DNA of 64,000 bases from Octopus vulgaris (GCA_951406725.2 OX597818.1:45508001-45572000), one strand, 5' to 3'; counted from the stretch's first letter, positions 38,891 to 52,500 are shown. Made by a program: numbers and translations. The notes: a model not told the origin generated them from the letters alone.

Positions 38891-39597
38891 CTGTCTACCA
38901 TTAGGAACTAAATAATCCGATTTTTCCTGTTTAACCCAGGCTAGCTCTAATCCAGCAAACCTATGATGAAAGATTTTCTGTCTTTTCTTTTTTTACATCA
39001 GTGGTTATAATGCCCAATATGACCTTTACTTAAGGCAATTGATTGTAATTCAATAGACATTTCATTGTCATTCCTAGCAGGTTGATTTGACACCCTTATA
39101 ATTCATTTTTTAAAAATATGTATTTTTGTGTGGGAAGCAGAAACTTAAAAGCACCAGAGATAAGTTTCCGTTACGTTTCTCATTTGAAATCCTGTCGAAA
39201 CCGACGTTGACATTCATCCTCAAATATCAATGAAATAGTTAGTAAAAATATACTGGTATCGATTCAATTCACTGTACCCTTTCCTCGTAATTTTATCGTC
39301 TTATACAAAGAAAAATCATTATTATTTGTTCTGGGTGCTTGCAAGTACAGTATACAATTACCAAACTGAACTATCGTTTACCAATACACCGAAACTATAA
39401 CAGAGTGTAATTCAGAGCAAGGGGCGACTTTCTGTCAGTTATCCAATTTCAGTTCTCCAGTTTAATTATTTCACTTCACTTATGTCATTAGAGAAGAAAT
39501 AAACTTCCTTCTTGAATAATCATAAAACTGTTTTCTTAACTTTTTACTTTTTTCTTTTTCTTTCCTTAGATTATCCATAAATATGTAAATATATATA

Positions 39598-39757
39598 GGC
39601 GCAGGAGTGGCTGTGTGATAAGTAGCTTGTTTAACCACATGGTTCCGGGTTCAGTCCCACTGCGTGGCACCTTGGGCAATTATCTTCTACTATAGCCTCG
39701 GGTCGAGCAAAGCCTTGTGAGTGAATTTGGTCGACGGAAACTGAAAAAAGCCCGTCG

Positions 39758-39822
<65 letters not shown>

Positions 39823-40060
39823 ATGTGTGTGTGTGTGTGTGTGTGTGTTTGTGTGTCTGTGTTTGTCCCCCCCCCCAACATCGCTTGACAACCGATGCTG
39901 GTGTGTTTACGTCCCCGTAACTTAGCGGTTCGGCAAAAGAGACCGATAGAATAAGTACTAGGCTTACAAAGAATAAGTCCTGGGGTCGATTTGCTTGACT
40001 AAAGGCGATGCTCCAGCATGGCCCCAGTCAAATGACTGAAACAAGTAAAAGAGTAAAGAG
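39598..40060 (+). mobile_element. SINE group B, full length
   Basis: Head to (taaaagag) tail. Confidence 0.92.
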
Positions 40061-40214
40061 TATACATATATATACGTATACATACACAGAAAGGTATAAC
40101 AAAATCTTAAGTATGAGAAAATGAAATATCTATATTAATTTTAATATATATATATAAATTCAATCTCCCGGTTGGTTACTAGGTTGTATATAAGTGTATA
40201 GGTGTATTTGTGTG

Positions 40215-40320
40215 TGCGTGTATGTGTACGTGCGTGTATGTGTACGTGCGTGTATGTGTACGTGCGTGTATGTGTACGTGCGTGTATGTGTACGTGCGTG
40301 TATGTGTACGTGCGTGTATG
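40215..40320. repeat. 16-bp tandem repeat gtgcgtgtatgtgtac, about 6 copies
   Basis: Direct reading. Confidence 0.92.
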
Positions 40321-40389
40321 TTTGCTTGTGTGCATGTGAATTCCCGTGATTACTGGACGTCTCGCTTCGATCTGTCACGGTACTCGTGT

Positions 40390-40878
40390 TCAGTTGCGGA
40401 CTGGCCAGTTTGCCAGCTTGCCCAACTGGAAGGTCAGTTGGAAGGCCACTCATGCGCTTCAAAGGCAAACTAAAAGACAATCTGAAGCAATGCAACATTC
40501 CCTTTTCTTCCTGGGAAAATAAGGCATCAGAACGCAGGACCTGGCGCCAGTTCTGCTTCTCTTCAGTTCAAAGATTTGAGCAAAGTCAACTCGAACATCG
40601 GAACCAAATTCGTGCAAGCGTGAAGGCACACAGGCAAAACGCTGCTTCCTCTAAATGGAAACCTTACCTGTCATTGTAGTTTTGTGGTACGAAGCAAAGC
40701 AGGCATTGCCATCCACTCAAGAAAACTCGAGAAAACTGAGTTCTCAACTTGTTCCATTTGACAAGGGGTTTGTAAGGTACCTGCAGGCCTCAAGAGATAC
40801 CTTCCTGTCCATAGAATATGATTACCGCTTTATTTTACTGAACCGTCATTTGTCGTTCACGACGAGAGAATCCATCAT
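40390..40878 (+). mobile_element. RTE-clade LINE 3' end
   Basis: RSVGRPLMRFKGKLKDNLKQCNI..WENKASERRTWR, C-terminal Cys/His finger trace, tail gagagaatccatcat abutting an AT-repeat tract. Confidence 0.88.
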
Positions 40879-40990
40879 ATATATGTATATATGTGTGTGT
40901 GTGTGTATGTATTACATGCATATGTATATATACTTAGATGCATTTGTATGTATGTATGTATGTATGTATGTATGTATGTATGTATGTATA

Positions 40991-41032
<42 letters not shown>

Positions 41033-41814
41033 AACAATTTAATAAATAAAACATATGCATACATACAAATATGTACAAACCTACATCTATATGTATATAT
41101 ACATGCATATATGAGTACAGGACACCACAAATAAAAGTAGAGCGCAACGAGAAACGAAAATATAGAAACAAAACAAACAACAGAGGGAACATTCCCCTTC
41201 TTCAGCTGCCCCTGTTTCGACTCATTGCGTGTTTCGAAGGTGTATATATATATATATATATATATACATATATATGTGAAAGTAAGCAGTACAATTTTAG
41301 TTCATCTTAGAGATATTTTTTCTTATTACTGAGAGTGCACAATCACTCAACATCTATGACTTTATGACCGTATGAATTAAACAAACGAGAATAATTGATA
41401 CCAAATATACCACATAAAGAAAATAGGAATATATACCACAAATTATCTCGCGGGACATCTGGATGTTTCGTTGACTCGTTGACTAGTCGCTTCATTAGTT
41501 GCTATTGAAATAAAAGCAGTTACCCGTTTGGCCACATAACAGATAGTTTTTGATGACATCAAGCGTGGTTCGATATAGATATATCTTTTTATTTATGCAT
41601 ACATACATACATACATACATACACACATACATGTATATGAGCATACATACATACATGTATATGTCCATACACACACAGACATATATATTCACGCACTCAT
41701 ATATAGAGAGTGGAGCAGAGAGAGTGTGTGTGTGTGAGAGAGAGAGTGAGGGGGAAAGATGGGGAAATACACATGTATATGTAGATAGCTAGATGTATAT
41801 GCAAATAAGCAGAT

Positions 41815-42152
<338 letters not shown>

Positions 42153-42806
42153 TTAAACGTGTGTGTGAGAGAGAGTACGTGAGTGTGCGAGAGAGCGTGT
42201 GAATGTGCGAGAGAGTGCATGAGTGTGTGCGTGAATGTGTATGCGTATATATTAGATTGAGGTCCTTATTTTAAAGTGAGTTGAAGAATACAGCCGAACG
42301 TTACCGCTGGAAATGGATTCTGGGATGAAATTAGAGTAAAATTTATTATAAAGTTTATGTTGAGAAGGGATTTCAAGATTCGCCGAGACAGCTTAGTTAA
42401 CCAGTGAAAGTGACTCGCTCCTGGTGTCTACATAAGAGAAACGAGAGGAAAGCTTCATTAAAAGACAAAGGTATCCGTGCAGGATATTACACGTGTTGTA
42501 GAATGTATTAAAACGAAATTGTTTTGTTTCTGGTACAGTCCGAAGAAATTGTTTATTTAGATCAAACCATAAATTTAAGAATACGAGGTAGCAGAGAGGT
42601 AGATAAAAGAAAAATCAAATGTTTAGGGGTGGGGGTAAAAAAGGAAAGAAAAAACAAAAAAAATTAAAAGAAGGTCATAAAGAATAAAGAAAAATGTGCG
42701 ATTGTGTGTGTATATAGATATATGTATGTGTGTATGTGTTTGTATGTATGTATGTATGTATGTATGTATAAATGATATGTATGTATGAATGATATATATG
42801 TATGTA

Positions 42807-42985
42807 CCGTATTTTTAACACGTATAAGGAACCCTTGTGTATAAGGAACCCCCTAATTTAGGGGGTTTAAAATTTGGAAAAAAGGTTTTGTAAGAGATTA
42901 TAATACTATCCATATATAAGAAACTCCCATATTTTTTTAACCTAATTTTTGGCAAAAAGGGTTTCTTATACACGTTAAAATACTG
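42807..42985. mobile_element. pogo/Tc1-type MITE
   Basis: ta|ccgtatttttaacacgtataag ... cttatacacgttaaaatactg|ta with TA TSD. Confidence 0.8.
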
Positions 42986-43117
42986 TATACATATATATAT
43001 AAAACTGAAACAAGTTAAAGTATAAAAGAATATATATATATATATATATGTTGATTCGCTAGCTTCTGCACGCATTTTTTTCTCTCCTTGTTTCTCTCCG
43101 TGTTTCTTTTCTGTGTA

Positions 43118-43155
43118 TCTTTCTGTTGAAGAGCGTAGGCTCGAAACATAAAAGA
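43118..43155 (+). ncRNA. Minimal type I hammerhead-like motif (A6U variant) in Penelope-type end 43060-43253
   Basis: tcttt CTGTTGA a GAGC-gtag-GCTC GAAA ca TA aaaga; stem I tcttt/aaaga. Confidence 0.6.
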
Positions 43156-43251
43156 CTTGTTTTATTTATATTCCTGAGCGCCATACTAATACAATTGTTT
43201 GTTTGTATTCCACCTGCCTTCGTCTTTTGTTTATTTTCATAAAGCTTCCCG

Positions 43252-43315
<64 letters not shown>

Positions 43316-43502
43316 TTTTATTCTTTTGACTTGTTTCAGTCATTTGACTGCGGCCATGCTAGGTCACCGCCTTGAAGGGTTTTAGTCGAATATATATAAT
43401 TTTCAAACAAATCCTATTTTACGCCTTTTATATCCCAGTCTGTCAAGTCCTTTCAACAAGCTGCCTGGATACCTAACTAGTCTCTTTCTATGTTCAACTA
43501 AT

Positions 43503-43719
43503 AACTCCTTACTCTCTTTTTACTCTTTTACTTGTTTCAGTCATTTGACTGTGGCCATGCTGGAGCACCATCTTTTTAGTCGAGCAAGTCGACCCCAGGA
43601 CTTATTCTTTGTAAGCCTAGTACTTATTCAATCGGTCTCTTTTGCCGAACCGCTAAGTTACGGGGACGTAAACACACCAGCATCGGTTGTCAAGCGATGT
43701 TGGGGAGACAAACACACAA

Positions 43720-43796
<77 letters not shown>

Positions 43797-43961
43797 TACG
43801 ACGGGCTTCTTTCAGTTTCCGTCTACCAAATCCACTCACAAGGCCTTGGTCGGCCCGAGGCTATAGTAGAAGACACTTGCCCAAGGTGCCACGCAGTGGG
43901 ACTGAACCCGGAACCATGTGGTTGGTAAGCAAGCTACTTACCACACAGCCACTCCTACGCC
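43503..43961 (-). mobile_element. SINE group B, full length
   Basis: Near-consensus copy. Confidence 0.93.
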
Positions 43962-44094
43962 TAACCCTAACCTTAACCCAAACTGACCTGTGTTGGGTTT
44001 TTTTCTTATTTATTTATTTCATTTATATTATACATCTATATAATTACTATATCGTTATTGCAGTGAGCAGCGAGACCTGAAACAACATCATACA

Positions 44095-44263
44095 TATTTG
44101 TTCTTAATACGTTCCGGTAGGTTCGAACGCAAATATGCTAATCTCCATCGCGTACACCGACTATGTGATCATAACATAAACAAGAAGCTGTTCTCCTGTG
44201 ACTTACACGGCAGAGATTAGCGTATTTGCATTCGAATCTGCCGGAAAGTATCAAGAATAAATA
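44095..44263. mobile_element. Short MITE-like foldback
   Basis: About 50-bp imperfect TIRs ttcttaatacgttccggtaggttcgaacgcaaatatgctaatctc / gagattagcgtatttgcattcgaatctgccggaaagtatcaagaa; related ends at about 45460 and 45730-45765. Confidence 0.7.
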
Positions 44264-44532
44264 CGCACGTTATCGATTTATATAATTCATTTAGAGTATA
44301 CATTTATTTATTTATTTTCATCTCTCATTTATCTTTGATATACAAATATATACAAATGTGTTATCCAAATATACAATTCCTTTTTCTATGATTGCCTTTT
44401 ACTTAATTATACTCTCATATGCATACATACAAGTATATTAGAAACAGGGAACAGAAAAACATGTGGTGTCACTTCAGTGCCTTTAATTTATAATTTAAAC
44501 ATAATGCAGAGTAGGTACAGTAAATAGGTAAA

Positions 44533-45025
44533 TATGTATGTGTGTATGTATGTATGTATGTATGTATGTATGTTTGTATGTATGTATGTATGTATGGATG
44601 GATGGATGGATGGATGGATGGATGGATGTATGGATGTATGGATGTATGTATGTATGTATGCATGCATGCATGTATGTATGTATGTATGTATGTATGTATG
44701 CATGCATGCATGAATGTATGTATGTATGTATGTATGTATGCATGCATGCATGCATGTATGTATGTATGTATGTTTGTATGTATGTATGTATGTATGTATG
44801 GATGGATGGATGGATGGATGGATGGATGAATGGATGGATGGATGGATGTATGCATGCATGTATGTATGTATGTATGTATGTATGTATGTATGTATGTTCG
44901 TACGTACGTATGTATGTTTGTATGTGTGTATGTATGTATGTATGTATGTATGTGTGTATGTATGTATGTATGTATGTATGTATGTATGTATATATGTATG
45001 TATGTATGTATGTATGTAAGTATGA
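44533..45025. repeat. (TATG/GATG/CATG)n compound tetranucleotide array
   Basis: Direct reading. Confidence 0.98.
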
Positions 45026-45840
45026 AGTCATCTCATAGGAACTGTATGTATCAAATGTAAAATATTATGTAACCATCCCTGACTTTTAATGAAGCTCTCC
45101 TCTTGTTTCTCTTGTATGAACATTAAAAGCGAACACATATTCACTGGTTTAATAATCTTATTCAATTGATGAAGAAGAATTGGCTTTTGATGTTCACATT
45201 AGTTAACACAACCATTAGGCAATGTGTGTTCATAACAAACGCGATACGCCTGCGTATGGAGACTTCGTGACACCACAGTGCTTTGACTTCGTTACCTCTT
45301 CTCGTTCGAAGTTATCCCGCCAGAATGATGGATCTTACAGTTCGAGCTCATGTTTATAGGAAACTAATTATTTGTTGATGCGTGCTGATGTTTGCCAAGC
45401 AGGTAATAATTGATGGAAATACATTCAGAAGCGTGAGAATCCAAACAGTAACGAGTATATTTATTCCCAATACGTTTTAGCAGATTCGAAATGTGATTTT
45501 TGTTGTACTGTGTGCACCCCTTGAATTGTTTTCTGTATGGCAATCATCAGCGCACATCAGTAAATAATTTGTTTCCTGATTCCTATAAACGAGAGTTCAT
45601 AATCCGCTGAAATTAGTCGGTCCGGTGAGGTAGCTTCAACTGTGGAGGCAAACAAGGAGACAAGGAGGTCGAAACGTCGGCTGAAGGGAGGATGTCTTCT
45701 CCGTTAATGAAAACAACGACGATCAGGTATTCACGTTCGAACCTGACAGAACGTATTAACAGTAAATCGATTTGCTATGTTTTAGATTCCCATTGCTCTG
45801 TGTCCATTCCATGAATCATTAAGCATTTATATATGTGCGT

Positions 45841-45889
<49 letters not shown>

Positions 45890-46152
45890 TGTTTTAATCA
45901 TTGTTTCATAAACCCCAAAAATTTGAAGTTGTAAGACATAATACATCGAAAAAAAACCCTTCGACCTGTCTTATTTCTTACAACTTATATTGTTTTGTTG
46001 TTATAAAAAATTAATTAAAAGCATTTTTATACATCAGACAATATTTCATGCAAACTATATTACTAGATGTGTCGAAACGATTGTCGTGATTAATAATAAA
46101 TTCTCATATATTCCATCTTCCGTCTTTCATTTACCATATATATGATGGACTA

Positions 46153-46668
46153 AGGCGGCGAGCTGGCACAAACGTTAGCGTGCCGGGCGAAATGCTTAGC
46201 AGTAATTCGTCTGCGTTACGTTGTGAGTTCAAATTCCGCCGAGGTCTGTCGAGGCCGGGAGGCGAGCTGGCAGAAACGTTAGCACGCCGGGCGAAATGCT
46301 TAGCGGTAATTCGTCTGCGTTACATTGTGAGTTCAAATTCCGCCGAGGTCGACTTTGCCTTTCATCCTTTCGGGGTCGATAAATTAAGTACCAATTACGC
46401 ACTGGGGTCGATATAATCGACTTAATACCTATGTCTGTCCTTGTTTGTCCTCTCTGTGTTTAGCCCCTTGTGGGTAATAAAGAAATAGGTATTTCGTCTG
46501 TCGTTACGTTCTGAGTTCAAATTCTGCCGAGGTCGACTTTGCCTTTCATCCTTTCGGGGTCGATAAATGAAGTACCAGTTACGCACTGGGTTCGATATAA
46601 TCGACTTAATCCCTTTGTCTGTCCTTGTTTATCCCCTCTATGTTTAGCCCCTTGTGGGCAGTAAAGAA
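46153..46668 (+). mobile_element. SINE group A multimer (partial head + full unit + headless unit)
   Basis: TSD atatatatgatggact on both flanks; inserted in the tail of the adjacent RTE. Confidence 0.9.
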
Positions 46669-46677
46669 ATATATATA

Positions 46678-47470
46678 TGATGGACTCTCCCGTCTGTTTC
46701 GACGTATGAGGCTCCGACAACATACTCTTTCTTTGTCAGTCATAATGCTTATGTCGAATGTGACATTTAAGACCTGCCAAAGATTTGCAAAGAAAGCCAC
46801 AGATGTTACAAGTATGAGGATTACAGGTCAGTGCATGTGGTATATTTTCAATCACTTTTTTCCTTTCCTTTGCACTCCGAAACCTGTTAATTCTAGTTGC
46901 AACAGTTTTTAATACCATTTTGACACAATGATCTCCATTTTGTCCGTTCCAAGGTTGTTCGCTCAAAGGTGTTGTGAGTGATCTTCATTTCTAAGAAGTT
47001 ACTCTTCAGCTTGTCCTTATATCTGAGCTATGGACGACCAACATTACTGTGCCCACCCTCAAGCTGGCGGTACATGAAGACTTTGGGTATTCTTTCGTCA
47101 CTCATTCTGATGACATAGCCAGCCCAGCGCAATTATGATTATATAAGGAGGCTCTCAATTCCACCAATCTTACACTTGCTAAACAAGTTGGCATTAGAAA
47201 CTTTGTCTTTTAGTGAATAACCGCAGTGAATGTCCTTAGACAGTCTTTGTGGACGATAGCTAGTTGGTTATTGTGTCGCCTATAGGGTATCCACTTTGGT
47301 GTCAAGTTTGATGCCTCTTTCATTCTAGCACAGTTTTATTTTTCGTCCTGCAGGATGTCCTATCACGCTCCTCATCAAGCAAGCTCGGTAGGGTTGCCAA
47401 TTTAGTCGCCGACGACCCGACCATGTAGCAAGTTGTACTGGGTTACATGTTACCAGTAGCGAACAAGATC
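46678..47470 (-). mobile_element. Bipartite (internally deleted) RTE derivative: 5' UTR fused to ORF 3' end
   Basis: 5' part has aaattggcaacc (BovB-like 5' UTR motif); 3' part LRWAGYVIRMSDERIPK..GRP..YKDKLK and HTCNICGFLCKSLAGLKCHIRHKH; tail gagagtccatcat. Confidence 0.8.
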
Positions 47471-47751
47471 AATTAATAATACTCGAGAGCAACCTGGCTT
47501 TTTTGTTTTGATGGGGGTGGGATGCCTAAAAAGACATCCTTGCAGTACAATCAGTTTTATTGATCAGGTGGAGGTTAGTAGCGGTTACGTGAACAACGTC
47601 AGCAAGCTGGAAGATATAGATAGATGGTGAATGAGAGAGATAGAGAAGCGTGAGCAAGTTGGAAGATATAGTTCTTAAGATAATGAATTAAAGAAAAAAA
47701 AGAAAAAGTAACGTCTTTTTTTTCCGAGAGATGATCGCACTAATCTGGAAA

Positions 47752-47834
<83 letters not shown>

Positions 47835-47844
<10 letters not shown>

Positions 47845-48129
47845 TACATACATATTTCGCTTTTGTATTTGGTTTACAAGATTCTTTATGTGAAGTCATG
47901 TGTTGAAGCATATTTTATTGTGTCTGGCGAGAGTCATTCTGTTTTAATGCCTTATTAATTAAAACACTCACCGGTTCAATTACTACTCATTTACTTGTTT
48001 ATTTTTTTCTAAAATTTTCGTTGCTTCTTGCAACCTCTTCAATGGTCGTTTATTCGCAATTAAATCGAATCGCGATTGATTAATTAATTAATAAGGAATT
48101 AAAACAGAATGACTCTCCCCAGACACAAT

Positions 48130-48135
<6 letters not shown>
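47835..48135 (-). mobile_element. Penelope-type repeat end with inverted partial copy and hammerhead-like core
   Basis: 47910-47960 inverted at 48086-48135; minus strand TTGAAGA g GTTGC-aagaa-GCAAC GAAA ATTT TA at 48009-48046; (TA)n both sides. Confidence 0.6.
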
Positions 48136-48196
<61 letters not shown>

Positions 48197-48378
48197 TGAG
48201 GGCAGCGGCATCAAACCCCCTCATGCACCAAATGTCAATTTTTAAAAAGAATTAGGAAAGTAAAATTGTGTAGCAACAACAAATGCCAATGCCCCAGCAT
48301 GGTCACAGTTCATGAGCTGAAACTAGATCAAATCAAATCAAATCATATATGCGTATGTGTGTGTGTGTACATACATAC

Positions 48379-48440
<62 letters not shown>

Positions 48441-48445
<5 letters not shown>

Positions 48446-49446
48446 TGGGGGTCAATTCGGGAAACAAATGCTATGACCTACTTTGCTCGTTGTAGTCTGA
48501 AAGTCTGGAATACAAAGTTATTGTCCTTTGTTCCGTCAGATTCTGGAAGGATTAATGAGTTTTGAGGAGACCTTTGGCCTTGTGCCGGTCAAGGAAAGGT
48601 CGAGAAACCACCCCTTTAAAAACGCGACGCGTTGGTGAGTTTGGCAGTCGGCCGGCAGTTCTGGCCAGAGACGGGAGAGATACGAAGGCGGTCAGTTGAG
48701 AAAAACAGACAGACAATGTGAGGGATGACAATCGAGAGAATGACAGTGAATGTGAAAGAGGAAGACAGGCAGATAGGATTACGGAGCTAAGAGAGAGGGA
48801 CTACGGTATGAGGGCACTGGCCATTGTAGTAGCTCGTAACGGTATGTTTATTTATGTTTTGATATGTGTTAAAGAAGGAAAAAGAATTGTTGAAATGTAA
48901 AAGAATTGATGTGTTGAAAAAAGGAGGGAGAAGTACTGAATTGTGTAAAGACATTGTGAAAAGAGTTGTTGAAAAGTACTGTGTTACAGAATTGCGGAAA
49001 GCAAAGAAAGAGAAAGACTTTAAAGAACTTTGAACTGTATCGTTAATGTAGAACTGATTTGTCTCTGAACTATAATGTGAACGTTAAAGTGATTTGAACT
49101 GTTGTCTCTGAAATGTATCTGCATGCTTTGATTTGCTGTTTCCTTGTTTTCTTGCACGTATTTTCTTTGATGTATTTGATGTAATAATTGTTATAAACTA
49201 CTGTTGTTAAATGTAGCCAATTGCCTTCCGCCGTCTCTCTCTCTCTTGTCTCTTCCTGCTGTTGTTTGTTGTTGTGTTATCTCCGGTCGCCGGTTGCCGT
49301 GTTCGTTGCCGCCTTCTCCCCGCCGAATTCTCTCTCTCTGAGTCCGTGGCGAATTCACCGTTCGATCGAGCCGGTCGCTCGTCGTCGCTCGACTTGGTAG
49401 GGTCCCGGGTTTTTCCGAAGAGTTTGAGCGACGGCGGGTGGTTCGT

Positions 49447-49450
<4 letters not shown>
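48441..49450. mobile_element. Probable solo LTR inserted in (TA)n
   Basis: About 1 kb non-coding unit with inverted termini (a)gttatg..cgtaaca (TG..CA type, left T altered), pure (TA)n on both sides. Confidence 0.6.
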
Positions 49451-49481
<31 letters not shown>

Positions 49482-49577
49482 GCTCCAAACATGAATAAAG
49501 AGAAAACACAACAACGCGAAGGCGTGGAACAAGTATAATGTTATTGGACGCTCAGGAAAGGAAAGAAAGAAGGAAGA

Positions 49578-49611
49578 TTTAACGTTTCGAGCGGAGCTCT
49601 TCGTCAGAAAC
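49578..49611 (-). ncRNA. Minimal type I hammerhead motif (canonical CUGANGA) in Penelope-type end 49478-49685
   Basis: gttt CTGACGA a GAGC-tcc-GCTC GAAA CG TT aaa. Confidence 0.68.
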
Positions 49612-50339
49612 ATAGGAAAAGGAAAGGTCCAAGGAAAGGAAGACGGAGAAAGAAATTCGCCAACGATACACACGCAGTCACATATATAAAAATGTATGTA
49701 TGGATGGATGGATGGATGGATGGATGAATGGATGGATGGATGGATGAATATATGTATATACAAACAGATGTATATGTATACATATATATGTGTGTGTATG
49801 TATGTATGCATGTATGTATGTATGTATGTATGTATGTATGTATGTATGTATGTAGGTATGTATGTATGTATGTGTAAGTGAATGTTTGTATATACATATA
49901 TCCGTTAACGTTGCTAAAAAAAACCTATGTCGGTCTAAGAGTGACATTAGGTTTTATTCCATCGCTACCGGTTCATTAGTATTTATATATTACGATATGT
50001 ACACGAGCTTCTTACTTGCCTTTGGTCATTGTGGTAGAAATCTATTGTTTCATATATTTGTCTTTCGGCTACAGTACAATGCTAGTTTTGATTTTCGTCC
50101 ACGCGAATTCATTCAAGATTGTCACTTAAAAGATTACAATAAGAGCGCGGTGTTTTGTACAACGGATAATCATATTTGTTGCCGTTCCTTTCCATCCTTT
50201 ATAGTTTATTTGTCGTATAACAATATGATACAGAGTGTTTGGGATAAATTTGACAGTTTGCATGCAAAGAAAAGATAACACAATATCCTATCAAAAGTAA
50301 AAGTATTTTTGAAAAATCCCCCAAAATTTACAAGATATA

Positions 50340-50510
50340 GGCGTAGGAGTGGCTGTGTGGTAAGTAGCTTGCTTACCAACCACGTGGTTCTGGGTTCAGT
50401 CCCACTGCGTGACACCTTGGCCAAGTGTCTTCTACTATAGCCTCGGGCCGACCAAAGCCTTGTGAGTGGATTTGGTAGATGGAATCTAACAGAAGCCCGT
50501 CGTATATATG

Positions 50511-50541
<31 letters not shown>

Positions 50542-50798
50542 CTGTGTGTGTGTCTGTGTCTGTGTCTGTGTCTGTGTGTTTATGTGTCTGTGTTTGTCCC
50601 CTCAGCATCGCTTGACAACCGATGCTGGTGTGTTTACGTCCCCGTAATCTAGCGGTTCGGCAAAAGAGACCGGTAGAATAAGTACTAGGCTGACGAAGAA
50701 TAAGCCCTGGGGTTGACTTGCTCGACTACAGGCGGTGGTCCAGCATGGCCACAGTCAAATGACTGAAACAAGTAAAAGAGTAAAAGAGAGTAAAGAGT
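50340..50798 (+). mobile_element. SINE group B, full length
   Basis: Head to tail match. Confidence 0.92.
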
Positions 50799-50804
50799 AG
50801 ATGA

Positions 50805-51240
50805 TGTCTGGGAGATAAGTTTGCTCAAAGTAGCTTCCTCCAACTTCCACCACGACCTCAATACGGCTCCGGAACCTGGTGCATGCGTTCCTTACTGTGC
50901 CCCTGAGATTTTCAAACACCTTGATTTTCTTGGTCAACGGCTCGGCCTTGTTGCTGTAGAAAGGGCGGTTGGTGTCTTTCTCTTCCGCGCCTCACGTATA
51001 TTAATCTATGGGATTGCAATCGGGTGAATTAAGAAGCCAGAAATCGGGGTCCGTGAAGTTCTAGAAATTCCCCGCCAATTCTTTCTGGGGGTATGGCAAG
51101 GAGCTGGATCGTTCCGCTACACATAAGGCCTGCCCGTAACAACCCTCTCCAGCAAGTGATTGACCACCGTATCCAACAGTCTCACATAGTCATCTGAACT
51201 GAACCTGGGGTCTTATTGTTGGATGAATTCCAGCGTGCTC
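50805..51240 (-). mobile_element. Tc1/mariner (DD37D/maT-like) transposase C-terminal remnant
   Basis: PAPCHT, DFWLLNSPDCNPID, NACTRFRSRIEVVVEVGGSYFE. Confidence 0.8.
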
Positions 51241-52233
51241 TACTATAAAATAATTTCATTCCGTCTTATTTAAATCTGGAAGCTTTGACTTAGACCTGGC
51301 AACTATATCTCCTATTTCATGACTTATATAACTTATTTATACCGCATTTTGAGTTCAAGTTTCTCCGGATGACAAGCATATGCTGGAGTTGATTCAATCC
51401 ATTCTACAAAGGATAGTTCAGCTGTCACTTGTATGCGAATGTGACTTGGCAAACTGTAGCATGCTTTTAAAGTGTTTTATGTAGTCGCTGGCAAACATCG
51501 ACACTCCCTCGGCCCCCAAACACTTGATGCTGTGAAACACTCAAGTTATAATAGCTAGAGGGGAAGAAGGCTACACCAGCATCTGGCTGAAAACTCATAA
51601 CTTCTGACTAGATAGGAGTAACGTGAAATGAAGTGCTTTACTCAAGGACACACCGTGCTACCCGGTCCAGGAATCGAATGCATAATTTTATGATCCTGAA
51701 CCGACCCTCCAAATCCCTACACACCTTTAGTCAATCGATGATACTGATTGACATATCCGTTGTCTTCCACTTTTACCAATACGAAAAATCAATGTTTTCA
51801 TGAATAAAAATATTTTAAAGATACTAGTTGTTGGCTTAGGCCGCAAGCTGGCAGAATCGTTAGCACGCTTGACATCATTTCGTCCGTCTTTACGTTCTGG
51901 GTTCAAATTCTGCCGAGGTCTACTTTGTCTTGCATCCTTTCGGGTCAGTAAACACTGGGCTCGATGTAATCAAATAGATTCCAGGTCTTATGCCTATAAT
52001 ATAGAAAGGATATTAGCTGTTGATTTTGATAGCAGTATATAAATGGGGTTTTTTTTTTCGATCTTAATTGAGATTATTCATTTAGTAGAAGAGTTGGTAT
52101 TACACAAGTGTTTGGATTCATGCAAAAACTAAGAATATCGACATATAACATTACATGTCATTGTGGTATAAATCAATACAAGGCAACTAATATAACATGA
52201 CCTGAAAATGAAGCATAGATCGCGATATGTCGT

Positions 52234-52500
52234 AAAATCGAATCGTTTTTGCTCCCATGCGTAGAATAATGTTTCGGTTTACAAATCACGTATTTTTTTA
52301 CAGTTTATATTCCATTTTGTTTACAAGTAAATCCTGGAACACAATCGAAATAATCTTAACTGTTAGATCTACAATATTTTGCTTAACATTTACATTCATC
52401 AGAACTTGGCTGTAAACAAAACATAATAAAACCTCTTGCAACGTGATTTGTGAAACAAAAACATCGTTCTAAGTATGGAAGTAAAAACGGTTCAGTTTTA
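52234..52500. repeat. Decayed inverted repeat, probable old MITE
   Basis: aaaatcgaatcgtttttgctcccatgc..acaaatcacgt versus acgtgatttgt..gtatggaagtaaaaacggttcagtttt. Confidence 0.6.

Noticed and set aside
41160-41242. Permuted hammerhead (gaaac..ctgaaga on the minus strand)
   Set aside because: Stems I and III cannot be formed from the visible sequence.
43961-43980. Telomere or chromosome fusion scar
   Set aside because: Only about three imperfect CCCTAA units.
46089-46098. TSD for the bipartite RTE (attaataata, also at 47472)
   Set aside because: Low complexity and separated from the tail by 37 nt of other sequence.
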